Shown: in pieces, positions 25,688 to 35,250 of the stretch
Layout of the letters: each line of letters begins with the position of its first letter
Numbering within the stretch: position 1 is the stretch's first letter
From: Clostridia bacterium
GTDB lineage: Bacteria > Bacillota > Clostridia > Christensenellales > CAG-138
Assembly: GCA_017438865.1 (NCBI GenBank)
Contig: JAFRUN010000006.1
Coordinates: forward strand, 5,552-69,551
Direction: 5' to 3'
Length of the DNA stretch: 64,000 nt
The notes under the pieces: generated by a model
What the model was told of the DNA's origin: nothing
The model's database searches: none
Seen by the model: the letters and a program-made list of their open reading frames with translations, nothing else
Translations under genes and position numbers: made by a program

Positions 25688-27214
25688 ATGAAATCATTTT
25701 TCCGCAAACACAAGATCCTTATGATCGCGCTCTGCTCCGTGCTCTGCCTGGGCGTCCTGTCCGGACTGGTCATCGGCGGCGTGATCCGATTCTCCACCCG
25801 CGGCACTTCGTTTGAAACCGTTGCAGACGCCGTGGAAAAGCAGAACGCCGAACACCTTTCGGCAGCGAATGAGGACGGCAAATCGGTCCCCGGCATGATG
25901 CCGACGCCGACGCCGATACCGCAGGACGCGAAGCTCAGCGCCGAAGAGGTCAAACGGCTCTCCGAGGAAGTCCAGCGCCGCAGACGCCCGGTGATCCCCG
26001 TCCGTTCCGACGTGTGGGTCGCAGACAACAGCATGCTCTGGAAGGAAACCGATCCCGACGCAGTTGAGAAGGAAGCTGCGCAGATGGCCGCGGAAAAGCT
26101 CACGCAGATCCTGTTCGGAAAGACCTATGTCGAACTGACCGGCAGCGAAGCAGCGACCGCAAACGTGCGGCTCTTTACCGATCCGGCGGGCGACCGCGAC
26201 GCGTTCCTGCGCATCACGGATCCGCAGGGCGTCTACATTCTTTCGATCCGCGCGGGCGATCAATCGCTCATCTGCGCCGACCTGCTGACCTATCCGGAAG
26301 CGCCGTCGACGGACCGTGAAAAGGAATGCATCGCGATCGCGGAGGAACTCGGCTATCATGCCGTGCATTACCGCCATGACACCAACGGTCAGCACGAGAT
26401 CGTCTATGAGTTCAAGACCGATACGGACGTCTGTCTGACGTTCTCATATGTGTACGATAAGCTGTGGCAGGTTGCGGTCCATCCGAGCCAGCAGACAATG
26501 GAGGAATGCGAGTACTTCCTTGCGGACATCCAGCTGGACTATTCGAAGCCCGCATATCCGAAAGACTTTGTCGAAGCGGAACCGCCGAAGCTGGGATACG
26601 ATAAGATGGTCAGCGAAGAGAAGATCTTTGCGTCGCTTACCCGGCTTTATAAGAACCTGTCCGGCAGGGATCTCGACACGTCCAAACTGAAGGCGACGTT
26701 CCTTCGCGACAACAGCGGCGGACGCGAGGACTGCTGGCAGATCACCGGCGAAGGATTCGATATCGTCATCTCGGCATATTCGCGCGACGTGATCTCGTTT
26801 ACCGGTGCAATCCCCTGCGAGAACCTGCTCTCAATTCCATATGAAAAGATGGGCGAAGAGGAATATGAAGCCGAGACGAAGAAGATCGCGGATTATCTGA
26901 TCACTTCGCTCGGCGCGTACGGCGACGGTTTTCACGGAAAGAACGCGACGAGGATCGACGTCAACGCGGTCTATGACGGTCACTACTGCACCATGGATAT
27001 CGTGACCGAAGAAGGCACATGGTACGAGTGCTATTTCGAGGACGGCGTGCTGAAAGAGATCTGGCATTTTGCGGATGAAAAGCTGTTCATGGACGCACCG
27101 CACGGCTGGGTCGCGGATGCGGTCTACATTCACAGCTTTACGGGAAAGCCGTATATTCCGGAGTATCGCGACTGGGACGGCAACCTGCATGTGACGCAGC
27201 GCCCCGAAGCGTAA
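25688..27214 (+). CDS. Hypothetical N-terminally membrane-anchored extracytoplasmic protein
   Basis: Starts MKSFFRKHK with AAAGGAGG upstream. One TM (ILMIALCSVLCLGVLSGLVIGGV). I recognise no family. Confidence 0.65.
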   Translation: MKSFFRKHKILMIALCSVLCLGVLSGLVIGGVIRFSTRGTSFETVADAVEKQNAEHLSAANEDGKSVPGMMPTPTPIPQDAKLSAEEVKRLSEEVQRRRRPVIPVRSDVWVADNSMLWKETDPDAVEKEAAQMAAEKLTQILFGKTYVELTGSEAATANVRLFTDPAGDRDAFLRITDPQGVYILSIRAGDQSLICADLLTYPEAPSTDREKECIAIAEELGYHAVHYRHDTNGQHEIVYEFKTDTDVCLTFSYVYDKLWQVAVHPSQQTMEECEYFLADIQLDYSKPAYPKDFVEAEPPKLGYDKMVSEEKIFASLTRLYKNLSGRDLDTSKLKATFLRDNSGGREDCWQITGEGFDIVISAYSRDVISFTGAIPCENLLSIPYEKMGEEEYEAETKKIADYLITSLGAYGDGFHGKNATRIDVNAVYDGHYCTMDIVTEEGTWYECYFEDGVLKEIWHFADEKLFMDAPHGWVADAVYIHSFTGKPYIPEYRDWDGNLHVTQRPEA

Positions 27215-27229
27215 CCTTTCAAAGAACAA

Positions 27230-27263
27230 GCGACCGGCGGGATATCGCCGGTCGCTCCTTTTT
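27230..27263 (+). terminator. Rho-independent terminator
   Basis: GCGACCGGCG-GGATAT-CGCCGGTCGC followed by TCCTTTTT. Confidence 0.8.
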
Positions 27264-27316
27264 ACAACTAAATTACAACTATCTTGCAATTATATGACAT
27301 CTCTGTGACGTTTTGT
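27262..27316 (+). promoter_or_regulatory. Five 11-bp phased repeats (site D: TTACAACTAAA TTACAACTATC TTGCAATTATA TGACATCTCTG TGACGTTTTGT)
   Basis: Read directly from the sequence. Lies upstream of the phosphodiester glycosidase lipoprotein gene. Confidence 0.5.
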
Positions 27317-27368
27317 ACGAATTTGCGTCGTATCATGAAAGCAGATCCACGAAAGGACGGCGGCTTTT

Positions 27369-28322
27369 ATGAAACGAACGATGCTACTCCTTCTTGTTCT
27401 CCTATTTTCGGGCTGCACCGTGCCTGCGCGCGACGGAGTGCGTCCGCCGGACATGCCTGTTCCGGAAACGGCGGATTACGTTGCACCGCCCGCGGCGGAG
27501 GAAGCGGACGCGCCCGAAGAACCGTCCGAACCGTCGCTCCCGACCGCCTCCGCGGAAGACCGGTTTCCGGACCGGTTCTCCGAAACGCCGGAATACGGCG
27601 AAAAGAGTTATAAAAGCGGTTCGATCTCCGTTACGATCACGACGCATACGGTTTCCGACGTCTACGGAAAGATCGTGAGCTACCACGTCGCGGATATTTA
27701 CGTGAAGGACGTCGCCTCGATCCGGACCGCGGCGGCGGGCAGCGATTTCCGTTCGCACCGCGAACGCACCGTGAAGGACATCGCGGACGGCGTCGGCGCG
27801 CTTCTGGCGATCGACGGCGACACGTTCACCCATATGCAGAGCGGTCTTGTGGTCCGAAACGGTGAGATATACCGCGACACGCTGTGCGAAGGGACCGACG
27901 TCTGCATCCTGTATCGCGACGGACGCATGGAAACGAAGCGATGGGGCTCGTTCACGGCGCAGGAGATCCTTGACGCCGATCCGTGGCAGGTGTGGAGTTT
28001 CGGTCCCGCCCTGCTCGACGAAAACGGGCGGTCCGCGGAGGTCGAAAGCAATCTGAACGGACACAATCCGCGTGCGGCGATCGGCTATTTCGAGCCGGGG
28101 CACTACTGCTTTGTGATCGTCGACGGACGGCAGGACGGCTGGTCCGACGGTGTGCGGCTTTCCGCATTGAGCCGGCTCATGGAGGATCTCGGCTGCAAAG
28201 CGGCGTATAACCTCGACGGCGGCAATTCCGCGCAGATGTACTGGAACGGCGAAATCGTCAGCAAGGCATGCGGCAGCGGGCGCGTCGTCAGCGATATCGT
28301 TTATCTCCTGCCCGAAGAATAA
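27369..28322 (+). CDS. Phosphodiester glycosidase (NAGPA/DUF2233-like) lipoprotein
   Basis: Lipobox LLFSGC. C-terminal pattern AIDGDTF..., NPRAAIGYFEPGHYCFVIVDGRQ..., AYNLDGGNSAQM. Confidence 0.8.
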   Translation: MKRTMLLLLVLLFSGCTVPARDGVRPPDMPVPETADYVAPPAAEEADAPEEPSEPSLPTASAEDRFPDRFSETPEYGEKSYKSGSISVTITTHTVSDVYGKIVSYHVADIYVKDVASIRTAAAGSDFRSHRERTVKDIADGVGALLAIDGDTFTHMQSGLVVRNGEIYRDTLCEGTDVCILYRDGRMETKRWGSFTAQEILDADPWQVWSFGPALLDENGRSAEVESNLNGHNPRAAIGYFEPGHYCFVIVDGRQDGWSDGVRLSALSRLMEDLGCKAAYNLDGGNSAQMYWNGEIVSKACGSGRVVSDIVYLLPEE

Positions 28323-28451
28323 GGGCGTGTTGTTCCTCCTCATCGGGAAGCGTCGTCCGCCCGTATCCTTCGGACGGATGACGCGCATTCCCGGAAAACG
28401 AATCGGCGTTTCGCACGGTTCTTCCTCTCCCCAAACGAACCGTACGGAAAT

Positions 28452-28488
28452 CACGAACCGTCTCAAATTGAGGCGGTTCGTGTCTTTT
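28452..28488 (+). terminator. Rho-independent terminator
   Basis: CACGAACCG...CGGTTCGTG followed by TCTTTT. Confidence 0.75.
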
Positions 28489-28565
28489 GGATGCATTTTC
28501 CGTCTGATTTGATACAGAAAATTGAGGGATCAGCCATGATTTTGCAAAAAAATATATGAAAAGTA

Positions 28566-28594
28566 TTGATAATCAAATCGCCTTGTGCTAAAAT
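28566..28594 (+). promoter_or_regulatory. Promoter TTGATA-17-TAAAAT in an AT-rich region upstream of the glycan locus
   Basis: Hexamers and the 17-nt spacer were read directly from the sequence. Confidence 0.5.
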
Positions 28595-28687
28595 ATAAAC
28601 AAATCTTTCAGAAGCTCTTTTTTTGTATGCAAAGATAGTATATGGAAGATTTTGAGTTTCTTGCAAAAGAAAAGGAGGAAAACAATC

Positions 28688-29758
28688 ATGAAGAAAGTAT
28701 TTGCTATTCTGTTGGTTGCGCTGATGGTCATTTCTCTGGTCGCATGCGCAAAGACGGAGCCGAAGCCCGAGCCCGTAGCCGAGCCGACCGCTGCGCCCGC
28801 TCCCGAACCCGAGCCCGAACCCGAACCCGAGCCCGAGCCCGAACCCGAACCCGTTGCGGAGCCCCTTGTGGATCCGAACCATGAACTGTGGTGCGCACAC
28901 GGTCAGTTCCTTCTGGCCGACGGCACGCAGAACGGCTGGAACGGCAAGGACAGCGAGCTGTATGAGGCGTCCGCTCTGACGGCGATCACCCTTGAGGACG
29001 TCAAGGCGATCAGTGAAGACGTTTACAACGCACTTGCCGCAAAGGAAGTCAAGTACCTGTATGCGATCGATCTGCTCTTCGGCACCAACGATGCCGGCTG
29101 GACCACCAACTGCCTGATCAACGGCAAGATGCACAAGGCGAACGGCTCCTATGCGTTCAAGATTGCGCAGTGCACCGTGGATATCGACGGCGACAACAAG
29201 GTCTATGCGGAAGATCAGTGGATCCACGATCCGAAGACTGCTCACTCCGAGTCCCTGACGCCGGACACGCTGTTTGTCCCGGTCTGGCAGGAAGAGGCGG
29301 ATGAGAACGGCTTCTCCTGGGCGAGCAACCCCGCAGTCATCGGCGGCGCAGGTCTCTACACGCTGATCATTGCGCAGTACAAGAACGGCTCCACCCCGGA
29401 TCAGGCGGGCTACGGCATCGCACTTGTTCTGAAGGAAGCAAAGGAAGGCATCGCATATGAAGAGATCCTCGAGTGGATCGCGGCAGATCACACCTACGGC
29501 ATCGTCGGCGGCTTCGAAGCTTCCGGCTGGGCTGACGGCAAGGACATTGCGATGGAAGCGGACGGCGAGAACACCTGGAAGGGTGAAGTCGAACTGAAAG
29601 CTGGGGACGAATTCAAAGTCCGTGCAGACGGCAAGTGGGACTTCAGCTGGGGCGCCGAGGACGGCAGCAACTTCAAGGCGGAAGCTGACGGCACCTACAT
29701 CGTCACCATCACGTTTGCGGACGGCAAGGGCGTCGTTACGTTTGAGCCGAAAGCGTAA
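28688..29758 (+). CDS. Putative starch/glycan-binding lipoprotein (C-terminal CBM-like module reminiscent of SusE/F-type)
   Basis: Lipobox SLVACA. (EP)8 linker. The C-terminus GGFEASGWADGKDIAMEADGENTWKGEVELKAGDEFKVRADGKWDFSWG follows the usual aromatic pattern of starch-binding modules. It is the first gene of the amylase/pullulanase cluster. Confidence 0.65.
   Translation: MKKVFAILLVALMVISLVACAKTEPKPEPVAEPTAAPAPEPEPEPEPEPEPEPEPVAEPLVDPNHELWCAHGQFLLADGTQNGWNGKDSELYEASALTAITLEDVKAISEDVYNALAAKEVKYLYAIDLLFGTNDAGWTTNCLINGKMHKANGSYAFKIAQCTVDIDGDNKVYAEDQWIHDPKTAHSESLTPDTLFVPVWQEEADENGFSWASNPAVIGGAGLYTLIIAQYKNGSTPDQAGYGIALVLKEAKEGIAYEEILEWIAADHTYGIVGGFEASGWADGKDIAMEADGENTWKGEVELKAGDEFKVRADGKWDFSWGAEDGSNFKAEADGTYIVTITFADGKGVVTFEPKA
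28805..28852 (+). repeat. 8 x 6-nt GA(A/G)CCC coding microsatellite (Glu-Pro)
   Basis: Read directly from the sequence. Confidence 0.9.
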
Positions 29759-29858
29759 TTACTGAATCATTTGGGCTGACGCTTTGGCAGAAATGCGCAG
29801 GGCGTCAGCCCAATCCTTATTTTGACGGCATGATCCGAACATTTTTGAGAGGTCCGGT

Positions 29859-31925
29859 ATGAAAAAGAATCTTCTCTGCGGATGCCTTGCGCTGCTTCTG
29901 CTTCTGACCGCGTTCGGCTGCAAAAAAGACAAACCGGCGGAACCGGCGGTCACATCGAAGCCCGCTGCTGCGGAAACGGCTGCGCCGACGGAAGAACCGA
30001 AGGCGGACGTCCCGGAATTGAAAGAATTTGCGGATACCTACGAGGACCGTCTTCCCGAAAACGCGGAGGACGGATTGACGCTGCACGCGTTCAACTGGAC
30101 GTATCACGAGATCATGATCAATCTCGAAAACATCCGCAACGCGGGCTTTAAAAATGTTCTGACCATGCCGGTCCAGCAGCCGAAGGGTGGCGGCTCCGCC
30201 TGGTGGGCGTTCTATCAGCCTCTGAGCTTCTCCGTCGGCGACAATTCCGCGCTCGGCAGCAGGGAAGAGCTCGAGACGCTGTGCCGCGAGGCGGACAAGT
30301 ACGGCATCTGCATCCTCGCCGACATCGTCGTGAACCATATGGCGAACATCGATGACGATGCAAGGGAAGCCGACGGAACGCCGACGGTTCTGCCGCAGGT
30401 GGCGGAATACGAGCCGAAGATCTACAACAACCGGAACGAGGACGTCGACGGCATCGGCGTGACGTTCCATCACAACAAGAACGCCAAGGGCTCCGGCGCG
30501 GACACGCAGGTTTACGCCTACGGCAATCTGCCCGACCTTGACACCTCCAATCCGTACGTGCAGGAGCGCGTGCTTGCACTTCTCACGGAGTGCATCGACG
30601 CGGGCGTCGACGGGTTCCGATTCGACGCCGCCAAGCACGTCGAAACGGAGCAGGATCCCGACTATCCGAGCGATTTCTGGAACAACACGCTGGAAAAAGC
30701 GAAGGACTATTACCGCGAGAAGACCGGAAAAGAGCTTTACGCATACGGCGAGATCCTCGGCGAACCGTCGGGACGCACGCTGTCCAGCTATACGGACCAT
30801 ATGCGCATCACCGACGACGGATTTACGTCGCAGTTCAAGAGCGCGTTTGCTCAGAAGGATCCGAACCGCGTGCTGAACGCGCTGCTGAAGGGCGGCGACG
30901 CGACCAAGCTGATCGCGTGGGTGGAAAGCCACGATGAATACGTTTCTTCCAACACGCATTACAGCGACGTCCGCGTGGCAAAGTTCTGGTCGGTCATCGC
31001 CGCGAAGAAGGGACTGGGCGGTCTGTATCTGGCGCGCCCGAACGATGAACTGGTCGTCGGTCAGATCGGTTCCTATGCGTTTGAAAGCGAATACGTTGCG
31101 GTGAGCAACCGCTTCCATAACCGGTTCTACGCCGCGGATTCCTTTGAATCGGTCGACGGAACCTGTTACATCAACGAAAAGATCGCGCCCGACGATCAGG
31201 GTGTGCTGATCCTGAACGTGGGCGCGGTGGATCCGGAGGCGGTCGTCGAGGTAGCGGTCCCGCATCTCGAGGACGGCATCTATTACGATTCTCTGACGGG
31301 CAAACCGGTCGAGGTCCGCGATCACGTCGCGCGCGTGCAGTTCGAGGCGAACGGGCTTGCGGTGGTCACCCGTTCGAAGGACCTGCATCCGCAGCTCGCC
31401 GTTTCCGAGCGCGACTGCTCGTTCGCAGGAGAAAAGATCATCACGCTGAAAACCCGCAACTGCGAGGAAGCGTATTACTATTTCAACGGCGACGCTTCGG
31501 ACACGCATCCGTTCACGAACGAAGCCGAGGTGCCGGTGCACGAATATGTAAAGGACGGGAAGGCGGATCTTTCGGTCGTCGTCCGCACCGGAAAGAACAC
31601 GTTTGAACAGATGTTCACCTATACGCAGATTCAGCTGCTGGAAGGCGGCTTCAACCTGATCAACATCGATGAGAAATATCTGAACGGCGAATACGAGCTC
31701 TATATCTGGAGCTGGAGTCCGGGCAGATGGAGCAAGGATTACGAGATCCGCGACGGCATCATGGTCGTGGATACGACGGGCATGACCGGCTTCCTTGTCG
31801 CCGCGTTCGAGAAGGGCTATGAGATCGCCGACGTGAACAACTGGGATTCCAACGTGATCATGCAGAGCACCGACATCAAAGGCGATCTCCTCACACTGGG
31901 ATTCTTCGATATGTCCGGATTTTAA
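29859..31925 (+). CDS. GH13 alpha-amylase lipoprotein with C-terminal accessory domains
   Basis: Lipobox LTAFGC. GH13 regions DIVVNH, GFRFDAAKH, YGEILGE and WVESHD. Confidence 0.9.
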   Translation: MKKNLLCGCLALLLLLTAFGCKKDKPAEPAVTSKPAAAETAAPTEEPKADVPELKEFADTYEDRLPENAEDGLTLHAFNWTYHEIMINLENIRNAGFKNVLTMPVQQPKGGGSAWWAFYQPLSFSVGDNSALGSREELETLCREADKYGICILADIVVNHMANIDDDAREADGTPTVLPQVAEYEPKIYNNRNEDVDGIGVTFHHNKNAKGSGADTQVYAYGNLPDLDTSNPYVQERVLALLTECIDAGVDGFRFDAAKHVETEQDPDYPSDFWNNTLEKAKDYYREKTGKELYAYGEILGEPSGRTLSSYTDHMRITDDGFTSQFKSAFAQKDPNRVLNALLKGGDATKLIAWVESHDEYVSSNTHYSDVRVAKFWSVIAAKKGLGGLYLARPNDELVVGQIGSYAFESEYVAVSNRFHNRFYAADSFESVDGTCYINEKIAPDDQGVLILNVGAVDPEAVVEVAVPHLEDGIYYDSLTGKPVEVRDHVARVQFEANGLAVVTRSKDLHPQLAVSERDCSFAGEKIITLKTRNCEEAYYYFNGDASDTHPFTNEAEVPVHEYVKDGKADLSVVVRTGKNTFEQMFTYTQIQLLEGGFNLINIDEKYLNGEYELYIWSWSPGRWSKDYEIRDGIMVVDTTGMTGFLVAAFEKGYEIADVNNWDSNVIMQSTDIKGDLLTLGFFDMSGF

Positions 31926-31937
31926 GGGGGACTTGCA

Positions 31938-34784
31938 ATGAAAACGAGGAAATGGCTTGCGTTCCTGCTGACGGTCCTGCTCGCCGCGACGCTGCTTCTT
32001 CCGGGCTGCGGAAAACAGCCGAAGGACAGTGCGCCGGTCGTGACGGAAGCGCCGGCCGTGACGGAAGCGCCGAAGGAAACGGAAGCGCCGGTCGTCGTCG
32101 ACGAGGGACCGGACGACGTTCCGATCGCACTGGTTCCGGCGGGCGACGTCATCGACAAGTATACAAAGGATGAAACGGATCACGCGTCGCAGCCGAACGC
32201 CGAAACGAAGTTCGTCCGCCTGCATTACAGACGCAACGACGACAGCTTCAACGACAGAAGTCCGTACACACCGTGGAACGTCTGGGCGTGGGATATGACC
32301 AACGGCGGCAACGGCGCGGCGTACGAGTTCACGGGGTATGACGATTACGGCGTGTACGTCGATCTGGACCTCGATCTGATCTCCGGCGGCAAGCCGGTCG
32401 ACAAGCTCGGCTTCATCATCCGCACGGACAACTGGGCGAAGGACCCGGACGGCGACCGCGTGATCGACGTGCAGCCGGAAACGCCGGACGGCATCCAGGA
32501 CGTTTATGTGCGCACGACCGAATCGACGGTGTTCTATACGCAGGACAATGCGCTGAAATCCATTATCAGCTATGCGCTGCTGCAAGGCGAAAAGACGATC
32601 TCGGTGTATTTCAAGCCGCTTTCCGGCGAGTTCAGACCGTATCAGACACGCTTTGATCTGACGGTCAACGACGAACCCTACGAGAACTTCACGATGGGCG
32701 AGTACGACGCTTCGCTGAAGAGAGTCGACCTTAACCTCAACGGAGACGGGATCGACCTCTGCGACGTGGTGAAGGTCAGCTACCGCTTCGACCCCACTTG
32801 GATCAATCAGGTCGGACTGATGTTTACGAATTATTACGATACCGAAGAATTCAACGAAAAGTACGACTACGACGGGACCGACCTCGGCGCCACGTTCGAC
32901 AACGAGGAACACCCGACGGTCACGACCTTCAAGGTGTGGGCGCCGACGAGCGCAAAGATCGAGCTTCGCATCTACAATACCGGCGATTACACGAAGGAAA
33001 CGGAACCCGCCGAAACGTATGAAATGACGCGCGGCGAAAAAGGCGTATTCGAGTATTCCGTGCCGAAGGACCTCGACGGCAAGTATTATACCTACCTCGT
33101 CACCAACTCGCTGGGGACGAACGAGGTCGTCGATCCCTATGCAAAGAGTGCGGGCATCAACGGACGCCGCGGCATGGTGGTCAACTTCACGAAGCTGAAC
33201 AGCGGCATCGAGGGCTGGGACGCCGATGTGCGCCCGTTCACGGGCCGTCCGGTCGACGCGGTGATCTATGAAGCGCACGTCCGCGACATGACGATCAGCG
33301 AAACGAGCGGCGTGGAGGAGCAGTTCCGCGGCAAGTTCCTCGGACTTGCACAGGAAAGCTCGTATACGGCGAACGGCGTCACGGTCTCCACGGGACTCAG
33401 ACACATGCAGGAGCTCGGCATCACGCATGTGCAGCTGCAGCCGTTCTATGATTATTCGTCCGTCAACGAAATGACGTCCGGCAATACGATGTCGGCGGAA
33501 AACTACAACTGGGGCTACGATCCTCTGAACTACAACGTCCTCGAGGGCAGCTACTCCACCGATCCGTACGACGGATACAACCGCATCGTCGAATTCAAGA
33601 AGATGGTGATGGCGCTGCACGCCGCCGGCATCTCGATCAACATGGACGTGGTCTACAACCACACGAGCAGCTCCGAAAACTCGAACCTGAACCTGCTGGT
33701 TCCGTATTACTATTACCGCACGAAGGCGAACGGCTCGTTCTACAACGGCTCCGGCTGCGGCAACGAGGTCGCTTCCGAACGGTACATGGTCAACAAGTTC
33801 ATCCGCGAATCGTGTAAGTTCTGGATCGGCGAATACCATCTGTCCGGCTTCCGCTTCGACCTGATGGGACTGCTTGATAATCAGACCATGATCGACGTCT
33901 ATAAGGACTGCAGCGCGATCGATCCCGCGATCATGGTGTACGGCGAGCCGTGGGCGGGCGGCACCTCGAAGCTGAAGAGCGGCACGAGCGAAACGAAGCT
34001 CACCGGTCAGATGACCGTTCAGGAATCGCTTGCGCAGGACTACTTCTCCGGCAGCGGCGTGATGGTCGGCGCGTTCAATGACGTGATCCGCAACGCGATC
34101 CGCGGCGACAACGGACCCGGCAAGGGCTATGTGCAGGGCGTTTCGTCCGACGCGTCGATGATCGCGATGTGCGCGGAGGGCGTGTTCTCCAAGGGCACGG
34201 TCAAGACGCAGAACATCGATCCGAATCTCGTTCTGAATTATGCGTCGTGCCACGACAACTACACGCTGTACGATCAGCTGGTGCAGACCGTGAACGAGGA
34301 TCGTCTGAAGGCGGCGTATACGCAGGCGGACGCCATCGTCTTCCTGGTACAGGGCGTGCCGTTCATTCAGGAGGGCGAGGAGTTCATGCGCAGCAAGCTG
34401 GATCCCGAAACCGGGAAGTATTCCGGCAACTCGTACAATGTCGGCGACTTCATCAATGTGATGGATTATTCGCTGAAGATCACGCATGCGGACGTCTTCG
34501 AGAAGACGAAGGAGCTGATCGCGTTCCGCAAAACCGCGGCGGAATTCCGTCTCGGTACGCGGCAGGAGATCAGGGACGTCATGTCGGACGTTTCCTTCGG
34601 CAAGGGCAACGTCAGCTACCGCTTCGGCGATTACCTCGTGATCCATTCCGTTTCGGGAACGTCGGTGGAGCTTGACGGCAGCTACGAGATTGTCTATTCC
34701 AACGTGCGGACGAATTACGGACCGGTCTCCGGCACGCTGACCGTTTCCGTCAACGAATCCGTCGTATTGAGGAGGGTGAGTTAA
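31938..34784 (+). CDS. pulA: Type I pullulanase (GH13) lipoprotein
   Basis: Lipobox LLPGCG. Signature YNWGYDP. Regions DVVYNHT, GFRFDLMG, YGEPW and ASCHDN. Confidence 0.9.
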   Translation: MKTRKWLAFLLTVLLAATLLLPGCGKQPKDSAPVVTEAPAVTEAPKETEAPVVVDEGPDDVPIALVPAGDVIDKYTKDETDHASQPNAETKFVRLHYRRNDDSFNDRSPYTPWNVWAWDMTNGGNGAAYEFTGYDDYGVYVDLDLDLISGGKPVDKLGFIIRTDNWAKDPDGDRVIDVQPETPDGIQDVYVRTTESTVFYTQDNALKSIISYALLQGEKTISVYFKPLSGEFRPYQTRFDLTVNDEPYENFTMGEYDASLKRVDLNLNGDGIDLCDVVKVSYRFDPTWINQVGLMFTNYYDTEEFNEKYDYDGTDLGATFDNEEHPTVTTFKVWAPTSAKIELRIYNTGDYTKETEPAETYEMTRGEKGVFEYSVPKDLDGKYYTYLVTNSLGTNEVVDPYAKSAGINGRRGMVVNFTKLNSGIEGWDADVRPFTGRPVDAVIYEAHVRDMTISETSGVEEQFRGKFLGLAQESSYTANGVTVSTGLRHMQELGITHVQLQPFYDYSSVNEMTSGNTMSAENYNWGYDPLNYNVLEGSYSTDPYDGYNRIVEFKKMVMALHAAGISINMDVVYNHTSSSENSNLNLLVPYYYYRTKANGSFYNGSGCGNEVASERYMVNKFIRESCKFWIGEYHLSGFRFDLMGLLDNQTMIDVYKDCSAIDPAIMVYGEPWAGGTSKLKSGTSETKLTGQMTVQESLAQDYFSGSGVMVGAFNDVIRNAIRGDNGPGKGYVQGVSSDASMIAMCAEGVFSKGTVKTQNIDPNLVLNYASCHDNYTLYDQLVQTVNEDRLKAAYTQADAIVFLVQGVPFIQEGEEFMRSKLDPETGKYSGNSYNVGDFINVMDYSLKITHADVFEKTKELIAFRKTAAEFRLGTRQEIRDVMSDVSFGKGNVSYRFGDYLVIHSVSGTSVELDGSYEIVYSNVRTNYGPVSGTLTVSVNESVVLRRVS

Positions 34785-34785
34785 G

Positions 34786-35199
34786 TTGTTCAGACACGGT
34801 GACGTCAGCACCGAGGTCGACAAAAAGCCGTTCTGGTTTACGCTGATCGCATTCTTAGGAAGCACGGCGGCGGCGGTTCTGCTCTTTGTACTCGGCTGGG
34901 GACAGGCGCTTGCGATCTTTGCGGGGATCCTTCTTGCGATCGTCGCGGTCGGCTCGCTGGTGATTCTGTTCGCCATGCTGACGGATTATGCATTTATCGA
35001 TCAGGGCATTCTCAGGACGCGGTATCTGTTCAAAAAGACCGCCGTTCCGCTTGCCGAGATCGGGAAGGTCACCTGCCGTGAAAAGGTGTATTACATCTAT
35101 AACCGGCGGGGCGATCTTCTGGGGACCGTCAACGGGCTTTTGTCGGGGATCGATTCGATCCTGGGCGAGCTTGAAAACAACGGGGTGCACTTCGAGTAA
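34786..35199 (+). CDS. Small 2-TM membrane protein, possibly with a bacterial PH-like domain
   Basis: TTG start 2 nt after the pullulanase stop. Two TMs, then IDQGILRTRYLFKKTAVPLAEIGKV. The family assignment is tentative. Confidence 0.5.
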   Translation: MFRHGDVSTEVDKKPFWFTLIAFLGSTAAAVLLFVLGWGQALAIFAGILLAIVAVGSLVILFAMLTDYAFIDQGILRTRYLFKKTAVPLAEIGKVTCREKVYYIYNRRGDLLGTVNGLLSGIDSILGELENNGVHFE

Positions 35200-35250
35200 T
35201 CGAACGCGCCGTATACATAAAAAACAATTCATTCAAAATGGAGGGTAAAC

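Noticed and set aside
28541-28680. Three TTGCAAA half-sites and a TTTCTT-GCAA-AAGAAA inverted repeat near the glycan-locus promoter, considered as a LacI/CcpA-type operator
   Set aside because: None forms the 14-16-bp TG.AA.CG.TT.CA-type palindrome expected for cre or LacI-family operators. The region is simply AT-rich. I kept it only as a note.
28805-28852. Short direct repeats (here and at 10034-10105 and 18814-18873) checked as possible CRISPR or minisatellite arrays
   Set aside because: The units are contiguous with no spacers, lie in frame inside lipoprotein genes and encode Pro/Glu/Thr linkers. They are not CRISPR.
29817-34976. 1719-aa ORF on the minus strand, the longest ORF in the track
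   Set aside because: It is exactly antisense to the GH13 amylase and pullulanase genes, whose products carry unmistakable catalytic signatures. Its translation is Arg/His/Asp/Val-rich low complexity with no motifs. Long stop-free antisense frames are expected in GC-rich coding DNA.
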